A stretch of 64,000 nucleotides of DNA from Macrostomum hystrix. Lineage: Eukaryota; Animalia; Platyhelminthes. A model generated the notes under the pieces. The model was not told where the DNA came from and did no database searches. It saw only the letters and a program-made list of their open reading frames with translations. The DNA is taken from positions 3,224,001 through 3,288,000 of the forward strand of contig CATNEN010000003.1 in the NCBI GenBank assembly GCA_950097015.1, in the 5' to 3' direction. Position numbers and translations under genes: made by a program. Of this stretch, positions 58,740 to 64,000 are shown one piece after another (position 1 is the first letter of the stretch; every line of letters starts with the position of its first letter).

Positions 58740-59319
58740 GTCTAAACCTATATGTCTATCAATCAGATGGGATGCCCCCGAAAATAAGCAATATAATTCC
58801 ATACGCTCGTATATGATAAACGCCGTTTAATTCATCATAGTCTATGGTTAGAATGTCCGAGGCTGCGTTTAATGGTCTCGAGGCGAGAGTAGCGCCTCAA
58901 CGTAGCGCATTAACCACAGAATGTGAATTAGACGGCGTTTATCCCTATACTAAAATTCAAAACTATCTATATATATATATATATTACTTAAAAGCCCGCT
59001 GTCGCCAACTAGACCGCACAAATGCTATAGTAGTCGTACTTTTAGACTTTTTGTACTTTTGATTCCGCCAGCCTATATAGACTCCAGACTTAACAAAAAA
59101 CTGCAAGCAAAACAAACAGCTGCTAATGGACTCCCATCAGTGACATGTGGGATCTTAATCCTAAAAGACAATACTGAGAAGAAATCTAAAAATATAAATC
59201 ATATCTAATCGACAGGATGTGGGCCGGATTTAATTGTGGCACAGTGGCAGTTTATAAGTTTCCCAAATTTAATCCCAGATAGGAGATAGGAGAAAAAAGT
59301 TGTCAGGGATTGGAAGGCC

Positions 59320-59630
59320 ACTGTCACTCTACTTTTCATCCTTATCTCTCCCTCTGTCACTCTACTTCTCATCCATTCTCTTCCACTGTCACTCTGCTTC
59401 TCATCCTTTCTCTCCCTCTGTCACTCTGCTTCTCATCCTTTCTCTCCCTCTGTCACTCTGCTTCTCATCCTTTCTCTCCCTCTGTCACTCTGCTTCTCAT
59501 CCTTTCTCTCCCTCTGTCACTCTGCTTCTCATCCTTTCTCTCCCTCTGTCACTCTGCTTCTCATCCTTTCTCTCCCTCTGTCACTCTGCTTCTCATCCTT
59601 TCTCTCCCTCTGTCACTCTGCTTCTCATCT
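59320..59630. repeat. Pyrimidine-rich minisatellite, 32 bp (CTGTCACTCTGCTTCTCATCCTTTCTCTCCCT)
   Basis: Visible periodicity. Confidence 0.95.
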
Positions 59631-60002
59631 GTCAACTAATCTCAGCCCACTTCTAATTATATTCTATTTCTACAGAAAAAGAGATCTGAAATCAAGAAAT
59701 TTCGTCATTAAAGCGTGCTCCAGGCGAAACAGCACTTTCATTAGGACGTTTGTCCAATTCTTTCTCGATTGAATAATTTATTAAAAGTGGAGCCATCAAA
59801 TTTCAAGTCTATAGGGACGATAGGAGCATATGAAATCGGAAATTCTATCTAAAGCCAGATGGTCCTTATGATATTTTTGATTAAAAACAAATATAATTCA
59901 CAAGAATTGAAATTTATCCATGTCTGTAGTCAACATGCACTGCACTTAAAGAAATCATTAATGCTATTGGATAACAGCAATTCTAGCGGTATCAGTTAAA
60001 CT

Positions 60003-63000
60003 AATCATTCTCATGTCTCTTATCACACTGACTCATTCTTATGTCTCTTATCACACAGACTCAATCGCATGTCTCTTATCACACTGACTAAATCTCATGT
60101 CTCTTATCACACTGACTCAATCTCATGTCTCTTATCACACTGACTCAATCTCATGTCTCTTATCACACTGACTCATTCTCATGTCTCTTATCACACTGAC
60201 TCATTCTCATGTCTCTTATCACACTGACTCATTCTCATGTCTCTTATCACACTGACTCATTCTCATGTCTCTTATCACACTGACTCATTCTTATGTCTCT
60301 TATCACACTGACTCATTCTCATGTCTCTTATCACACTGACTCATTCTCATGTCTCTTATCACACTGACTCATTCTTATGTCTCTTATCACACTGACTCAT
60401 TCTCATGTCTCTTATCACACTGACTCATTCTCATGTCTCTTATCACACTGACTCATTCTCATGTCTCTTATCACACTGACTCATTCTCATGTCTCTTATC
60501 ACACTGACTCATTCTCATGTCTCTTATCACACTGACTCATTCTCATGTCTCTTATCACACTGACTCATTCTCATGTCTCTTATCACACTGACTAAATCTC
60601 ATGTCTCTTATCACACTGACTCATTCTCATGTCTCTTATCACACTGACTCATTCTTATGTCTCTTATCACACTGACTCATTCTCATGTCTCTTATCACAC
60701 TGACTCATTCTTATGTCTCTTATCACACTGACTCATTCTCATGTCTCTTATCACACTGACTCATTCTCATGTCTCTTATCACACTGACTCATTCTTATGT
60801 CTCTTATCACACTGACTCATTCTTATGTCTCTTATCACACTGACTCATTCTCATGTCTCTTATCACACTGACTCATTCTCATGTCTCTTATCACACTGAC
60901 TCATTCTCATGTCTCTTATCACACTGACTCATTCTCATGTCTCTTATCACACTGACTCATTCTCATGTCTCTTATCACACTGACTCATTCTCATGTCTCT
61001 TATCACACTGACTCATTCTCATGCCTCTTATCACACTGACTCATTCTCATGTCTCTTATCTCACTGACTCATTCTCATGTCTCTTATCACACTGACTCAT
61101 TCTCATGTCTCTTATCACACTGACTCATTCTCATGTCTCTTATCACACTGACTCATTCTCATGTCTCTTATCACACTGACTCATTCTTATGTCTCTTATC
61201 ACACTGACTCATTCTCATGTCTCTTATCACACTGACTCATTCTCATGTCTCTTATCACACTGACTCATTCTCATGTCTCTTATCACACTGACTCATTCTC
61301 ATGTCTCTTATCACACTGACTCATTCTTATGTCTCTTATCTCACTGACTCATTCTCATGTCTCTTATCACACTGACTCAATCTCATGTCTCTTATCACAC
61401 TGACTCATTCTTATGTCTCTTATCACACTGACTCAATCTCATGTCTCTTATCACACTGACTCAATCTCATGTCTCTGATCACACTGACTCATTCTCATGT
61501 CTCTTATCACACTGACTCATTCTCATGTCTCTGATCACACTGACTCATTCTCATGTCTCTTATCACACTGACTCAATCTCATGTCTCTTATCTCACTGAC
61601 TCCTTCTCATGTCTCTGATCACACTGACTCATTCTTATGTCTCTTATCACACTGACTCAATCGCATGTCTCTTATCACACTGACTCATTCTCATGTCTCT
61701 TATCACACTGACTCAATCTCATGTCTCTTATCACACTGACTCATTCTCATGTCTCTTATCACACTGACTCAATCTCATGTCTCTTATCACACTGACTCAA
61801 TCTCATGTCTCTTATCACACTGACTCAATCTCATGTCTCTTATCACACTGACTAAATCTCATGTCTCTTATCACACTGACTCATTCTTATGTCTCTTATC
61901 ACACTGACTCAATCTCATGTCTCTGATCACACTGACTCATTCTCATGTCTCTTATCACACTGACTCATTCTCATGTCTCTTATCACACTGACTCATTCTC
62001 ATGTCTCTTATCACACTGACTCAATCTCATGTCTCTTATCACACTGACTCAATCTCATGTCTCTTATCACACTGACTCATTCTCATGTCTCTTATCACAC
62101 TGACTCATTCTCATGTCTCTTATCACACTGACTCATTCTTATGTCTCTTATCACACTGACTCATTCTCATGTCTCTTATCACACTGACTCATTCTCATGT
62201 CTCTTATCACACTGACTCATTCTTATGTCTCTTATCACACTGACTCATTCTCATGTCTCTTATCACACTGACTCATTCTCATGTCTCTTATCACACTGAC
62301 TCATTCTCATGTCTCTTATCACACTGACTCATTCTCATGTCTCTTATCACACTGACTCAATCTCATGTCTCTTATCACACTGACTCATTCTCATGTCTCT
62401 TATCACACTGACTCATTCTCATGTCTCTTATCACACTGACTCAATCGCATGTCTCTTATCTCACTGACTCAATCTCATGTCTCTTATCACACTGACTCAA
62501 TCTCATGTCTCTTATCACACTGACTCATTCTCATGTCTCTTATCACACTGACTCATTCTCATGTCTCTTATCTCACTGACTCATTCTCATGTCTCTTATC
62601 ACACTGACTCATTCTCATGTCTCTTATCTCACTGACTCATTCTCATGTCTCTTATCACACTGACTCAATCTCATGTCTCTTATCACACTGACTCATTCTC
62701 ATGTCTCTTATCACACTGACTCATTCTCATGTCTCTTATCACACTGACTCATTCTCATGTCTCTTATCACACTGACTAAATCTCATGTCTCTTATCACAC
62801 TGACTCATTCTTATGTCTCTTATCACACTGACTCAATCTCATGTCTCTTATCTCACTGACTCAATCTCATGTCTCTTATCACACTGACTCAATCTCATGT
62901 CTCTTATCACACTGACTCAATCTCATGTCTCTGATCACACTGACTCATTCTCATGTCTCTTATCACACTGACTCATTCTCATGTCTCTGATCACACTGAC

Positions 63001-64000
63001 TCATTCTCATGTCTCTTATCACACTGACTCAATCTCATGTCTCTTATCTCACTGACTCCTTCTCATGTCTCTGATCACACTGACTCATTCTTATGTCTCT
63101 TATCACACTGACTCAATCGCATGTCTCTTATCACACTGACTCATTCTCATGTCTCTTATCACACTGACTCAATCTCATGTCTCTTATCACACTGACTCAT
63201 TCTCATGTCTCTTATCACACTGACTCAATCTCATGTCTCTTATCACACTGACTCAATCTCATGTCTCTTATCACACTGACTCAATCTCATGTCTCTTATC
63301 ACACTGACTAAATCTCATGTCTCTTATCACACTGACTCATTCTTATGTCTCTTATCACACTGACTCAATCTCATGTCTCTGATCACACTGACTCATTCTC
63401 ATGTCTCTTATCACACTGACTCATTCTCATGTCTCTTATCACACTGACTCATTCTCATGTCTCTTATCACACTGACTCAATCTCATGTCTCTTATCACAC
63501 TGACTCAATCTCATGTCTCTTATCACACTGACTCATTCTCATGTCTCTTATCACACTGACTCATTCTCATGTCTCTTATCACACTGACTCATTCTTATGT
63601 CTCTTATCACACTGACTCATTCTCATGTCTCTTATCACACTGACTCATTCTCATGTCTCTTATCACACTGACTCATTCTTATGTCTCTTATCACACTGAC
63701 TCATTCTCATGTCTCTTATCACACTGACTCATTCTCATGTCTCTTATCACACTGACTCATTCTCATGTCTCTTATCACACTGACTCATTCTCATGTCTCT
63801 TATCACACTGACTCAATCTCATGTCTCTTATCACACTGACTCATTCTCATGTCTCTTATCACACTGACTCATTCTCATGTCTCTTATCACACTGACTCAA
63901 TCGCATGTCTCTTATCTCACTGACTCAATCTCATGTCTCTTATCACACTGACTCAATCTCATGTCTCTTATCACACTGACTCATTCTCATGTCTCTTATC
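60003..64000. repeat. Satellite, 28 bp (ACTCATTCTCATGTCTCTTATCACACTG), about 140 copies, running off the window end
   Basis: Visible 28 bp periodicity. Confidence 0.98.

Overview
Eukaryotic (animal) genomic DNA with GC-rich exons and AT-rich introns packed with 13-42 bp minisatellites. This pattern resembles free-living flatworms such as Macrostomum, which is an inference only. Six protein-coding loci can be reconstructed by eye: (1) an intronless secreted PAN/apple + C-type lectin (488-1300 +); (2) a LysM-TLDc (OXR1/NCOA7-like) gene with an in-frame TAA inside its TLDc domain (3550-4863 -); (3) a complete 22-exon CFAP47 of about 3300 aa (7662-27999 -); (4) a divergent TRPV-like channel with an intronless ORF, nested antisense in CFAP47 intron 16 (12007-13887 +); (5) a USP2/USP21-like deubiquitinase head-to-head with CFAP47 (30117-32947 +); (6) a Shaw/Kv3-type K+ channel with an altered S6 gate (37431-56962 -). 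Repeats include two tRNA-derived SINE families (one with a CORE-like domain), three types of non-autonomous DNA transposon, and more than 15 tandem arrays, two with higher-order periodicity. One transposon type, a hAT-Charlie-like element, carries a satellite, and one copy shows a hairpin-type excision scar. I see no prokaryote-style system such as CRISPR. The strongest leads are the nested TRP-like channel, the satellite-carrying hAT element and its scar, the TLDc stop codon and the probable regulatory Kv subunit.
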